Positions 37,331 through 49,890 of a stretch of DNA of 54,113 bases are shown here, in pieces. The stretch comes from Ginglymostoma cirratum. Taxonomy: Eukaryota. The notes under the pieces were generated by a model. The model made no database searches. It was given only the letters and a program-made list of their open reading frames with translations, and had not been told where the DNA came from. How positions within the stretch are numbered: position 1 is the first letter of the stretch; every line of letters starts with the position of its first letter. Both the position numbers and the translations under genes were made by a program. The stretch spans positions 2,670,057 through 2,724,169 of the forward strand of contig JAHRHZ010000085.1 of the NCBI GenBank assembly GCA_024137785.1, given 5' to 3'.

Positions 37331-39139
37331 CTTCAGTTTATTTTGTGAAACAGAGATTGATGAAAATACAACATGACAACAATTTTAAACTTAATTTGTG
37401 TATGATTGATGAAAATATAACATGACAACAATTTTATGTTTGATTTGTGTATAACGTCAAGCAACATTTTAAATAGTATTCCAGTTACTACCGAGAAGAG
37501 CTCAGGGAGTCATTATCTGAGAGAGGTTCTCAACAGGTTGACGAGAAGAAGGGAAAGCAGCTGGGGACTGCAGTACTGTCGAAAGCTACACCAGGACAGA
37601 AACTGTAATGTGATGAAAGGAAAATCAAGGAAACTTCCACTCTCTCTCAGAGCTTATTGTGATTAGTCCATTTAGGCAAGAAATCTCCAAGCATTGAACA
37701 AGAGAACTCAAAAACATTTTCCGAATCTGACTTCAAAACACGGCACCTTCATATCAGAAAGAGAAATCTTCAAACGAGTGACAGGTATGTGGAGATAACA
37801 AATTGACTCCGTTCTTTTGGGGTGGTCAAGAGTAGCAAAGGCATCAGAGGTAAACATAGCATTTGGGTGAGGAGTTATGGGGAAAGGTTAATGAGGAGCA
37901 GTGACAGGAGGTATATGGATGAGAGGGGAAGATAGGTTGGATGGGATCAGATGTCGAGGTCTGTGGTGGGAGTGTTAGATATCTGTATGCGGTGCTTAGT
38001 TCCTTTGAGTGAGGATCAGTTTCCTAGAGCAGTCCAAGTTAAACAGATCTGGTAAGATGGAGCTGTCTGTTGGGGTGGGATGAGGTCTGTTAAACAGGAG
38101 TCAAACTTTTCATTGGACAGAAGATATTGTAAGTTTTATTCTGATCGTTTGTTTTCCTTCATGACCCACAGACACATAGAATGTAGCAGCAGGAGTAGGC
38201 CATTCAGCTCTTTGAGCCCAGTCGATTCTATACAATTCTGGCTGATCATCCAATTCAGATCCCTGTTCCTGCTTTCTCCCCGTATCCGATGATCCGTTAG
38301 GAACGATACCTGCATGTTTCTTGAAGGTCTTCAATGTTTTAGTTTCAACAGATTCCATGTAAATAACAAGTAACATGTAAATAACAAACAGAGATAATGC
38401 TCATGAGATTCAGCATGTTTGGCAGCACCTGTGCAAACACAAAACAGTCAACATTTCCCGTACAGTACGACCCTTCTTCAGAACTGTTAAGTCAGCTAGA
38501 ACCCTCTGAAGGTGCTGACTATAATTCAGAGTGTGTTCCAGGCACCGGGTGACTTCCCACCAGAAAAGAAAACTTCCAGACACTTAACACAATGTCAGTA
38601 AGTCACGACTTCCAGACATCCCAGTTGCACCTAACCTCCAAGTATCTACAGACTGGAAAAACTCAGCTTCATGCGCATTCCCAATGATTGTTATTGTATT
38701 GGTGAATGAATACACGGAACTCGTGCTTGTTTACATGATGCTTTTTTTACCCCTGTACTTTTTATTACAACATATTTCATTCAGCCTCAAACTAGACATT
38801 GATCAAAGGTGAGTCTGTTGCAAGAAATATTTCTTAGATACCAGAAAGCAACTTGTTTCTTCAAATATTCTCCACATAATGAAAATTTCTTCTATATTGA
38901 AAGCTACTTTATGCGATTCTAAATAGTTAACAAATACACCACATGTTGACATGCACGCCTCAGTTAAAGTCACTGCCTCAGGGTGAGCTGCCATCTGTGG
39001 TAACTAACAGCAGGTATTTGCTGACAAACTGTGCAAAGTGGAGCCATCTACATGTCGGTTTAATGTGCAATGCATACCTTCAGCTGAGCTAACAGGCAAG
39101 TGGAAATGTTGTGGAGCCAAGCTCGATACATGAAACGCA

Positions 39140-39486
39140 GGGAGGAGATGATATTATCATTGGACTGTCAATCCAGAGGCCCAGGTAATGTTCTGGGGAC
39201 ATGAGTTTTAATCCCATGGTGGCAGGTGGTGGAATTTGAATTCAGTGAAAAATATGGAATTAATAACATAATGATGACCATGAAACCATTGTATAATTAT
39301 CAGGCAAAACCCATCTGGTTCACTAATGTCCTTTCAGCAATAAAACGGCCATCCTTACCTGGTCTGGCCCACATGTGACTTCAGACCGACAGGAATGAGG
39401 TTGAATCTTACCTGCCCTTTGTGCAATGAGGGATGGGCAACAAATGCTGGCTTAGCCAGTGATGTCTTAAGCCGATCAATTAATAC
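39140..39486 (+). mobile_element. tRNA-derived SINE (counterpart of 10451)
   Basis: Same sequence and flanks as 10451-10806. Confidence 0.8.
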
Positions 39487-41850
39487 AAAAACAAAATTCC
39501 TTTAAAAACATAATTGTTTCGTTTACTGATACTATTATTGAGCGTTTGAGTTTTGGAATAGTTTAGAATTCAATTACATATTTGGTCATTGACCTGCAGA
39601 GTTACTGGTTCTCTGTCCACTCCGGGATATGTGTGAAATGATCTGAACACAATTGCAGCAGATCACATTTCTGCAGTCAGTCTTCTCACATTTATTGATT
39701 GATGGAACACAATAAAGTACATACATGACAGGATGAGGAGACAGCAACTTTTTAACAGCAGGGTCAAGTTATGATTCAAATTTCATGGCGTAAAACTTCA
39801 AAACAAATTTCAACAGTTTCTGGAAAAGCCAAGTATTGCTACAACACAGCAACAAATGAAAGACCACAGATCTCAAACATAATGCTGAAGACAGGTTACC
39901 TCAGTTCACATCATCTCCAAGAATACAGGATTTCTTAACTGATAAAACACAGCTCACATATATCGATGTTCGACTGGAGAATTTAAGTTTGAATTCTCTC
40001 CAAGACTACCTTGGCTGTGACTTAATTACATACTTGGCAGTTGTTCTGCTGAATATGATTAAATACAATTCATGTTTTTTTTAACCTGATGTGTACATAG
40101 CTGGTCATCTCACTGATTGCTTACAGTTAGTTGTCCTTCAGAAACAGGCGGTGAGCCATCTTCTGGAACTGGATTAGTCAGTGTGGTTCAGTTCTATCCA
40201 ATACGCTGCTAAGATGGGGATAGGTAATTTGGATCCAGGACAATCTCAGATGATTGCAATTCTAAGGTGGGTAATACATATCATGACATATGACTGCCTA
40301 TCTTCTATCCAAGGGGTAGAATTGCATAGTATTATGGAACATTTCCACTTACCGTACCGAGACGAATGCAGCTGTAACAGAACTCTGGAGAGTGAGATTG
40401 TCCAGGACAAAGCAGCACCCTTCACCTGAAAATGCATTCTTTTAAATTATCATTTTCCCTCACGGGCAATAATTACACTTCAGAAGGAAACAAACTGACT
40501 TAGGGGAGTGATTAACCGGGAATCATAAAGACAGTCAATGAGTATGAATAACACACATAAACAGTAAACCTGTGATGTGTTTAAACTGAAAACTTTCATT
40601 TCACACTAAACATCCTTCTGAACATCTCTGTGAGAAAAGGATCGCAACAAATTGTAACAATCACTGATTTACAGGCTTATACATGTTCCAAGACCCTTGT
40701 AATGCCATGGAGTTGATGGATTCCCGAGACAGAAAATACTCAATGCGGTTTCCTCATGATGAGAGCATGTCTCGACAGAACTAAGGTGGAACATTGGAAA
40801 GAAGGTTGCTGAAGCACCAGAACAATATGATAAATGAATCATTCAATAACCAGTTTGTATGTCACGTCAATTAAAGAAACAATGTTACGAATTACAAGAA
40901 TTCGAAATATACTTGAACACAATAACGTAATGAAGCCAACAAGAAGATCAAGTCCTCTCTATTTTAAATTTGTACAGACATTTAAAAAGTAATACGAAAA
41001 GGGATTTCGGCAGATTAATCTGATATTGCTGCTCAGTTCTTTAGGATATAGGAGTGAGAGGTTTATAACTGTGCCCCACTTGCCTGCTTGCGTTCCAGGG
41101 TGTAGCAGTAGTTTCGCCTCCGAGTCCTTCAAATTGCTACGCTTACAGTGGGCTGCTTCTTCCCAACATTTCATTTTAAAAAGTTAACAACACTGAAAAC
41201 CAAAAGCACTTGGCTCTGCCTGCCGAACGAGGAGCCAACAAATCAAATCATACCATTGAGGATTGAGTGTGAAGCATGGCAGATTACAGCACTTCAAGTG
41301 CACATCCAAGCAAAAACAACTTGTGAAAGGCACAAAAGTGTCTGTCACTGATATCTGTTCAGGCAACGGGTCCTTGACAGCAATCAAACTCTGGGATAAA
41401 CTGTTTCATCGTCTCCCCGTTAAGCTTTTCTGTCAGTGTCTTTCAACCTATAATCCCTGCATCACTGACTTCAACATAATGGTTACTGACCTTTTCCCCA
41501 TCTACGATGTCTCCGCCCATCTCAGTTTAGTGCATCCCAATTAAAGTACACTCAGTTCGTCTTGTTTCAATGTCAAAATCTTCATCCCATCCAATCAAGT
41601 CCCAACAACAAGTCCCTAAATACCTTTTGTACCGTCTCTAGTGTCGTCATTTTTGTGGCAGTTTGCGGTTACAAAAACCAGCAGATCTTAGTTGAAAAGG
41701 CATGCATTTTTATCAGTCAAAAATTAGTCATGTCCTCATTGACCCACGTCTACGTCTGTGATGAAATTGGAGACGGAGACAAGCGTTTAAGAAGCAGTTG
41801 TCCATCCTCTTCTCAGTCACAACTAATGGTCTCAGATTTTCACTGCCAAA

Positions 41851-41905
41851 ATGTCTATGCGTCTTTCACTATGGGATGTCTGTCTGCTGTGCATCTTGTG
41901 TGCAG
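41851..41905 (+). CDS. Copy B leader exon
   Basis: MSMRLSLWDVCLLCILCA+G|gtacac; 55 nt, phase 1. Confidence 0.85.
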
Positions 41906-44900
41906 GTACACATTTCTGGTGCTGTGCATTCACCGATCATAAGCAAGACATAACGTGAACTTACAGCTAGATATCTTAAATAAATTGATATTTTTAATTC
42001 TTGTATTTTTTTCAAGTCAGTTATTCCCAGATCTCATTTGTCACTTGGTCCATCAGGAAAAAAAACGTAACATTCTATTAGGACAATAGTTTAAAAATGT
42101 GAGAATTAGTCAAAGAGTAAAATGCGGTAAATTACTGTTGCGGCAACAGCCTGGAATAATGATGTTATTTGGGTGGTGCAGACTGTCCTTCTTGTTTAAT
42201 CTCAGTGTGTTTCCTTGGTTGACAGTTGCTGCCAATTCAGCCAAAGTGAATCCGGACCTTACACGAAAAACGGTGCAGAGAGGTTCATCATTTCTTATGC
42301 AATGTCCTTTCTCCTACAAAATCGACTATTCAAATATTGTTGCCCACTGGTGGAGAGAAGATAATAAAACCTTTCTGCGGGAGGATAGCAAAAAGATTTT
42401 CCATGTAAATAGAGGAGAAGCTTCCCTTAACCTCCTGAATGTGACTGTCCGGGACGCTGGAACATATCACTGTGCAGCCACGTATCAGAAACAAAAGGTT
42501 GGGAAAGCTGCTGTGCAACTTAATGTATATGGTAAGTGTCACCGCAGATAAACGTGGAGTCTTAGCCGCTTAAAAACAATCAGCAGCAGTAAACAAATTA
42601 ATTTATTAGATACAGACATATCGTGTAACATATTTGCACTTATTTAAAATGAAATGTGTTCAAGAATGTGGAGACCTTGGAGAACCAGTACCAATCTCAA
42701 AGTTTGAGATTTACTCTGTATTAAAAATGAATCACTTTGGGACGTGGGCATCCATGGCTGGCCAGCATTTATTGCCTGTTCCTAATTGCCCTTGCCAAGG
42801 TAGTGGTGAGCTGCCTTCTTGAACCGCTGCAGTCCATGTGCTGTAAGTAAACTCACAATGCCATTTTGGAGGGAAATTACAGGATTTTGACCCAGTGACA
42901 ATGAAGGAACAGTGATATATTTCCAAGTCAGGATGGTGAGTGGCTTGGGAGAAACTTGCAGATGGTGGTGTTCCCATATGCTTGCTACCCTTGCCCTTGC
43001 AGATAATAGATTGTGGATTTGGCAGGTGTTGTGTCAGAGTGTTTAATGAATTTCTGCAGTGCATCTTAAAGTTACACATTGCTGTTACTGAGTGTGTGTC
43101 GTGGAGTGACTGAATGTGGTGCCAATCGAGTGGGCAGCTTTTTACTGGATGGTGTCAAACTTCTTGAGATCTTTTGGACCTGCAGGCATGCAGGCAAATG
43201 GGGAGCATTCCAACACACTCCTGACTTGTGCCTTGTAGAGGGTAGACAGGCTTTGGGGAGTCAGCAGTTGAGTTACTCGCTGCAGTATTGCCAGCCTCTG
43301 ACATACAGTTCTATTTATATGGCTCGCCCAGTCCTGTTTCTGCTCAATGGTAACCCCCAAAATGTAGATAATGGGGAAATCACTGACGGTGATGCCACTG
43401 AATGCTAAGGGGTGGATGGTGAATTGGAGAATGTGTTTGCTTGGCATTTGTGTGGTCTGCATGTTCCTGTCAACTTTTCAGCCTAAACCCAGATGTTGTC
43501 CAGTTCTTGCTGCACTTGGTCATGAGTTGCTTCAGTTTTATGCATTGAGGTTTTGGAGGGAAATTGATTGCAATATTTTAAATTTTTGTCTGTATTTGAT
43601 TATGGACTGACAGGATGAGCATCCTTGAAAATATCTGCAATATTATGCATTTTGAAATGTTCCTTACCTCACGAAATGAGCCAAATTCTCAGTGCCATCA
43701 CTTGGACGGTTTTTGTTCAATTCGTCAGATCCAGGTCCAATTTCTCATACTGTTTGGAATAGAAAAGTGCAGTATGATGATTCAATCATGTTTCTATTAT
43801 TAAGTCGTCACAAATTCTGGAAACTCTTTTTTTCTAAATATGCAGGAGGTATATTGAAAGGATTTGAGGTTTTTTGAAATGATAAATGTAATATCAATTT
43901 CATGTACTGTTCGTAGCAACAATTAATGCAACTGTCATGCTGGAAATAAGTTGCTTTGGTCACCAAAACGTACATTTTTGCATAAAATGCAAAATCAATT
44001 TATCGAAATTGTGTTATTTACCATTCATCTCCACCAGCTCATCTGAAAATTGTCTCCGTTCCATCCAAAGACCTTTTTTCTGCTTTTCTCAGCCTCCACT
44101 GCAGGACATCTGACGTTTACCCAAATGACTTTAAACTTACTGGTTACAAAAATGGTGAAAACATTTTGACAGGATTCGGGAATGAACAGCAGGTAAAACC
44201 TGAGGATCTTTACGAAGTCGTCAGCACCTTGGAGTTGCAAGAGGCAGTTGAGAGCGGGACAGTTTATGCCTGTCAAGTATATCACGATTCAAGCTCATTT
44301 CCAGCAAATGCCAGCTACACTGTGAACAATAAAGGTAACATTTCATCATATGTGGTACATTGAATGCTGCGATATCATTCAACATGGGTAAATAAGCATA
44401 CAGTGGTGATGTCAGTTATTTGAGTATGAGTCAGTCAAAGTCAAAATTTGATTGGATTGGATGGATTAAGGTTTTCTTTCTTTCTGTAGTTTGACACTGA
44501 TATATAATTATCACAAGTGACTTTATCAAAAACTAGATGTGAATCTTCAGCATAAGTCAAAAAATTACTTTCATGCATAGACTGATGACTCAAAAAGAGC
44601 GACAAGGTCAATGTTAATTCTTGGGAAAGCGTGAACAGTATCGAATTTGGTCAGGCCACATTTGGAGTACTGCATGCAGTTCTGGTCACTCTTTTATACA
44701 ATGAATATTATTAAACTGGAAAGAGTGCAGATAAAATTTCCTAGGATGCTACATGGATTGGAAGATTTGAGATACAAGGAGAGGCTGGATAGGCTGGGAC
44801 TTTTACCCCGGAGCGTCGGAAAGGGTGACCATATAAAAGTCTGTAAAATCATGAGTGGCAGCGTTAAGCAGATAACCAACAGCTTTTCCCCATGGTAGGG

Positions 44901-46321
44901 GAATCTAAGGCTAGAGGGCACAGGTTGAAGGTAAGAGGGGAGAGATCCAAAAGAGCCCAGCGGAGCAATTTTTCACACACATGGTGGTGCGTGTCTGGAA
45001 CAGTCTGCCAGAAGTAGTGTTGGAGACGAGTACAATTTTGTCATTTAAGAAACATTTGAACAGGTACATGGATGGGATGGATGTGGAGGGGTATGGACCA
45101 AATGTAGGCAAATGGGACTAGTTCAATTGTCAAAACTGGGAAGCGTGGACAAATTGGGCTGAAGATGTGTTTCAGTGCTGTCAACCTGTATGACTATGAT
45201 ATAGCTGCACACATGCAGTAGATCTCGTTTCTTTCCCCCATTCATCAGAATGCCACAGATTTGATAAAATACAAACGATAGAGTCAAAGCTGTTTGGGTT
45301 GCAGCTGCAGAGAGATTACAATTATTTCAAACAAAGTTTGTCTCCATGGAAAACTCAAGAAAACCTGAAAGCAGGTTCCATTATACACTTTTTCTGACTC
45401 TAATCTGTACGCAATCCAACTAAACTACCACCAGACAATTTAATGTTTTGCCACATAGCTTGGAGAACTGAAAACTTATTGCAATTAGCACTGTTTCCAT
45501 GAATTTTACATGTGTCATTAGTTGAGTTGCTTTTCCCATTTACCTATTTCTCTGAGTTCCAGACATTTTGTTTCTGGCTGCATATGGATCAGTTGAACAA
45601 AGAGTTAGCAAAAATTGAAATGCTGAGACTTTATGCACTCTATTTATCATTTGTGCAAGTCAGTACAATTGAGACTGATGTACATGTATCTTCAATTTCT
45701 GGTGCAGTTCCTAATTTTGATTTTATATTACCATTACAGATTTTGCCTCTAAAATCAGTGTTACTATGGCTGCCAGTTTTGCTGCTCGTGCACTTGCAAT
45801 TCTCATATTGACCGTGATGATTGCCAAAGGTTTTCTGCCATTTATCTCCAAAGGTATGAACAGGACTGAAAAGTCTCACTGAAATTAATTTAATTGGGAG
45901 CCGAATATGTGAACTGTACAATTTAAACAACTTTTTTTGTGAAACCATGTCCAAATATGTACCTTGCTTCAGGTCTTACTTCATGACAAATATAAGATAA
46001 GAAGATTCGAAGTTTCACTTTGCTAAGTTATGTTGGTGTAGATCAAAATTGTGATGGCAAAATTCATTGCTGAAAGGTGTTTCTCGAGCTTCAACCCTCA
46101 AAACATAAATTCAAAGCATCTCTGTGTTACGTTTCAAGATGTGTTGTGAAACTATTATTCCTATTCTACCCTGTTTATAAATGTTGAGTAGTAGTCAATT
46201 TACTTTTGGTTTCTTTGGTTTGCTGGTGAGTACAAGTATCAGCCTTTATGGTTATGACTTATGTCATTTTTATTTCTCAGGTCAGGGAAAGAAAATGTTC
46301 CATAGTTCCAACTCAGCATGA
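41851..46321 (+). CDS. SIRP-like V-C1 Ig-superfamily receptor, copy B (putative activating form, 270 aa; may be a pseudogene)
   Basis: Join 41851-41905, 42226-42531, 44038-44334, 45740-45853, 46281-46321 = 813 nt open frame ending TGA; requires a cryptic C1 acceptor. Confidence 0.65.
42226..42531 (+). CDS. Copy B V-set Ig exon
   Basis: gacag|TTGCT..TATG|gtaagt; QCPF..HWWRE..ASLNLLNVTVRDAGTYHC. Confidence 0.92.
42727..43540 (-). mobile_element. CR1/L2-group LINE 3' fragment
   Basis: 'ILGVTIEQKQDWASHI..LSTLYKAQVRSVLECS'; 3' tail shared with the SINEs. Confidence 0.85.
44029..44334 (+). CDS. Copy B C1-set Ig exon
   Basis: Open frame HLKIVSV..LHCRTSDVYPNDFKLTGYKNG..YACQVYH..NK G|gtaaca; ancestral acceptor reads CAT, in-frame CAG ends at 44037. 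Confidence 0.85.
44648..45200 (+). mobile_element. CR1-type LINE 3' fragment
   Basis: 'VRPHLEYCMQFWS..LERVQ..YKERLDRLGL'. Confidence 0.9.
45740..45853 (+). CDS. Copy B transmembrane exon (contains Arg)
   Basis: DFASKISVTMAASFAARALAILILTVMIAKGFLPFISK; CGT at 45787-45789. Confidence 0.85.
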
Positions 46322-46328
46322 GGATGTG
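46281..46328 (+). CDS. Copy B cytoplasmic exon 1 (+1 nt; stop at 46319-46321)
   Basis: GQGKKMFHSSNSA*; 48 nt vs 47 nt in M. Confidence 0.7.
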
Positions 46329-47329
46329 GTGAAGCAAATTTCTTTTATTCTGTCTATTTTCATTTTCATGTATATTTGAACAATTTAAACTGGGAACCCA
46401 AATATATATTTCGAACGTGTCAAGACAAGTCTTGAAGATTTCATCAGCTCTCAAAAGCACAACTTCAGCTGAATAAAAATAAAATAAAGAAAATAAAAAT
46501 TGGTCTGAAGTTACGCTAAGTGTTGCAACTATTTTACATTGTGAAATATGTTTATTGCTGTGTAAGCTGTATTGGTTAACTTATGCTGAAATTTTCAACG
46601 ATCAATCATAGGTTTGATGCTGACAAATAGCTTTGACTTTCATTTTCTTTTGTGCTTAACAAGTGACAATGTGCTGAATAATTTTGCAGCGTTGATGACA
46701 GACATGACATTACATTGGGATGATGACTATTCTGAATGATATGTTTATGGTTTCAAATAGAGATGATTCTTCCCTCCTTCCTTTTTGTGCTGTTCAAAAT
46801 TAATTCATTAGTCTGAGTTTGGTGATTATTCCTGAGTTCTGCTCGGGACTCTGCCAAAGCATTCAATATGTTATGCAGACAGTTTGCACAAGTTGGCTTC
46901 CTTAGGAAGCTTTCATTGTCGGCTGCCTCTCGACTACTGCAACGTGCTGCAGTACCATACGATCTCGAAAAAGAAACAGGCGAGGTGTTGGATGCAGATT
47001 ATTTTCTTTTCAATTCTCAAAACGTGCTTATCAGTGACATGGGAAAGGAAGCTCCCAGTCTGTGGCTTCTGAAAAAGAGTAGGTGGGACTTACTCAGAAA
47101 TAACTGAGAATGGTTTGGTCAAACTTGAAGTCTTTGTTGCCACCTTCAGAAGGCACAATGCAAAGACTCACATTAATTCTTGACTGCAATTGAATGCAGT
47201 ACAGACCAGCGGTTTAACCCCTTTGAATGCATTTTTAAGCAATTAGATTTTTAAAATGAATCCTACTGCCTTATTATCTCAGTTGCAGTCATGGATCTGA
47301 ATTTACTTTCTTTTAGAAAAAAAAATTCG

Positions 47330-48262
47330 ACGTAGAACTGTACAGCACAGGAATGGACCTTTGGCAGATGATTTGTGCTGAACTATTCCCTTCTGCCTGC
47401 CCTTGGCTCGCATCTCTCCATTCCTTGCACATTAATGTGCTTACCTAAAAGTTCCTTAAATGCCCCTAATGGAATCTGCCTCCACTATCACCCTTAGTAG
47501 TGCATTCTTGACTCCTACCGCTCTTTGTGTAAAAACATACCCCTCACATCCCCTTCAGCCCAACAAGTCCACACCAACCCTGTGAGCATCCCACACAGAC
47601 CCATCCCCCTGCAACCCACCTCATCAACATGTCCCTGAACACGATTGGCAATTTAGCATGGCCAATCCACCTAGCCTGCATATCTTTGGACTGTGGGAGG
47701 AAACTGGAGCACCCGAAGGGAAACTCACGCAGACACGAGGAGAATGTGCAAACTCCACGCAGACAGTCACCTGAGGGTGGAATTGAACCCAGGTTCCTGG
47801 CACAGTGAGGCAGTAATGCTAACTACTGAGCCACCGTGTCACCCAACATTTGAGCCTCAATGTTTGATCTCTGAAAATGCAGCAGCTCACATTTACCCAG
47901 ATTAAACTCCATCTGCCATTTCTACATCCATATCTGCAACTGATCTATTTCCTGCTGAATCCTTTGACATCTTCTACACTATCCTCAACTCCACTGATCT
48001 TTCTATCGACTGCCAAATTACTAACCCAGCCAGCTACATTTTCACCCAAATCATTTATATATATATGTATCACAAACAGAAGAAGTCTAAGTATGGATCC
48101 CTGTAGAAGACCACTAAGCCACGGACCTCCAGCCTGAAAAACACCCTTCAACCACTACCCTCTGTCTTCGACTGGCAAACGGATTCTGAATCAACTTGAT
48201 CAAGTCACCGTGGATCTCATGCATTTTAATTTTCTGGATGACCCTACCATAAGGGATCTTGT
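47330..48262 (-). mobile_element. CR1-type LINE fragments
   Basis: 'QGSIL..LLFVIHIYINDLGENVAGWVSNLAVDRKISG' RT motif and 3' tail; absent from M. Confidence 0.8.
47555..47845 (-). mobile_element. HE1-like V-SINE
   Basis: Minus strand ggtggctcagtagttagc..gggttcaattcc..gtggagtttgcacattctcc..gtttcctcccacagtccaaaga (tRNA head plus V domain). Confidence 0.85.
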
Positions 48263-48993
48263 TGATACTGCAAAATAAAAACCCAACTCTTTCATTGCAT
48301 CTGGTACCTGCAATTCCCTGACAACACTGCAGCTAAATTACCTGGACTGCAGTAAGTCAGGAAGCTGGCTTCCTACTGGATGCTTAATAGTAACTAGTCA
48401 TTGGCACCAAATACTGGCCTTGCCAGCAAGTCTTGTATCCCGTTAAAAATAGCTTGTTGTGCAGAATTGTCCCACTTCTGCACTGCAGATGCAGCAAAAA
48501 TAAAATTCCTTTCTCAGCAATCTTCAGAAAATGAAGTCTTTATTCATTATTGTATGTCTTTCTATGAAATGTTCCAGCTGCACTGCTGTAGGTAACAGAA
48601 TGAAGTCCCCTGATGTCCAGATGCAAAAATTAGCAGTGCATCAGATCAAGAGAAAACACAATTATCTACGATTGAGAAATACCTCACAGGAGGCCAAAGA
48701 ATACACTTTCGAGCACTGAAATAGTGTGGTTTACATTTTAGACAAAAGCGCACCATACTTGTTGAATTTTTTTCATTGTCACCAATCTGAACATGTTCCT
48801 CCTCAAATAGCTGGCACATTTTCTAACTTAAAACATAAATAATTTACTTTAAAGCACCCTGTCTGAAGTCAAGTGTACGTTGCGAATTCTTTGAAAATGC
48901 ACTGCACCTTTGCCTTCGCTTCAGACTCAAATACGTTTATTTATTAATGTTTGGATGGCCTATTGAAATAATTGCCTTCCTTTATTTACAAAG

Positions 48994-49890
48994 GAACAGC
49001 AGGGTGATTCTAAAGTTAAGTGTCTATTAGCAGTGGTAAGTACAGTTATTCCATTCTCTCAAACTGACTTACTGATTTAACAAATTTAACGTGAGGGAAT
49101 TTTCAATCAAAACTGCACCATGTACCCTCAGAATGAAAGACATGACTAATTTATTTCAGATAACTGCCACTTATAATTTTACTTTGAAGCCAAGTGACGT
49201 TATTATTTTATTGCTTTTAATAAACACAGAAAAATTTATTGTTGCTTCATTTAATAAACTGTATTGCACAATGAATTTGTAGCAGAATGTAACAAAACAG
49301 AAAGTCAACTATCAGATTTCAAAAACGTCACACATTTCATTCATCATACATTGAACTGAGGAAAGCAAACTTTTCTTCAGAACACTGCATAATTGCAGGT
49401 AAAAAAATCAGATTTTTTTCTGATGAAGGGTTTAGGCCCGAAACGTCAAGTTTTCCTGCTCCTATGGTGCTGCTTGACCTGCTGTGTTCATCCAGCCCCA
49501 TGCTTGTTATCTTGGATTCTCCAGCATCTGCAGTACCTTTTATCTCTGCTCTTAATCTAGTTAGTTCTGAGGAAGGCATAATTCCGAAACAACAGGAAGA
49601 AGTCATAGTATATACAGAGGTACATTTCAGGTCATGTATGACAATAATCAGTTCATTCATGATCATGAGTTGATTTGGAGATGATATTGAAAATTCCTTT
49701 GTGTAATTTTCATCTAGAATGATTTAAATGAATGGTAATTCAGTCTCAATGCTGTTTTTCAGACAAAACACTGCATGACAGACAGCAAGCTGACTTACCT
49801 TGCTGTGAAATTCAATGATTCCAGTACATCATCGAAACACAAGCACCAACAGAAAGTCCAGTGTATGCAGCGGTGAAAAGCAGGTACTAA
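48994..49890 (+). pseudogene. Copy B relic cytoplasmic ITIM exons (48994-49035, ~49548-49619, 49763-49890)
   Basis: Homologous to the M tail exons; downstream of the stop, TE-disrupted and frameshifted. Confidence 0.8.
49418..49547 (+). mobile_element. Penelope terminal fragment replacing the 5' part of the ITIM exon
   Basis: ctgatgaagggtttaggcccgaaacgtc..tatctct joins directly to GCTCTTAAT (AL-N of LTYAALN). Confidence 0.9.

Noticed and set aside
4234-42531. V exons as rearranging Ig/TCR V segments
   Set aside because: Each V exon includes its G strand, ends at a splice donor, has no 3' RSS and no FGxG J motif
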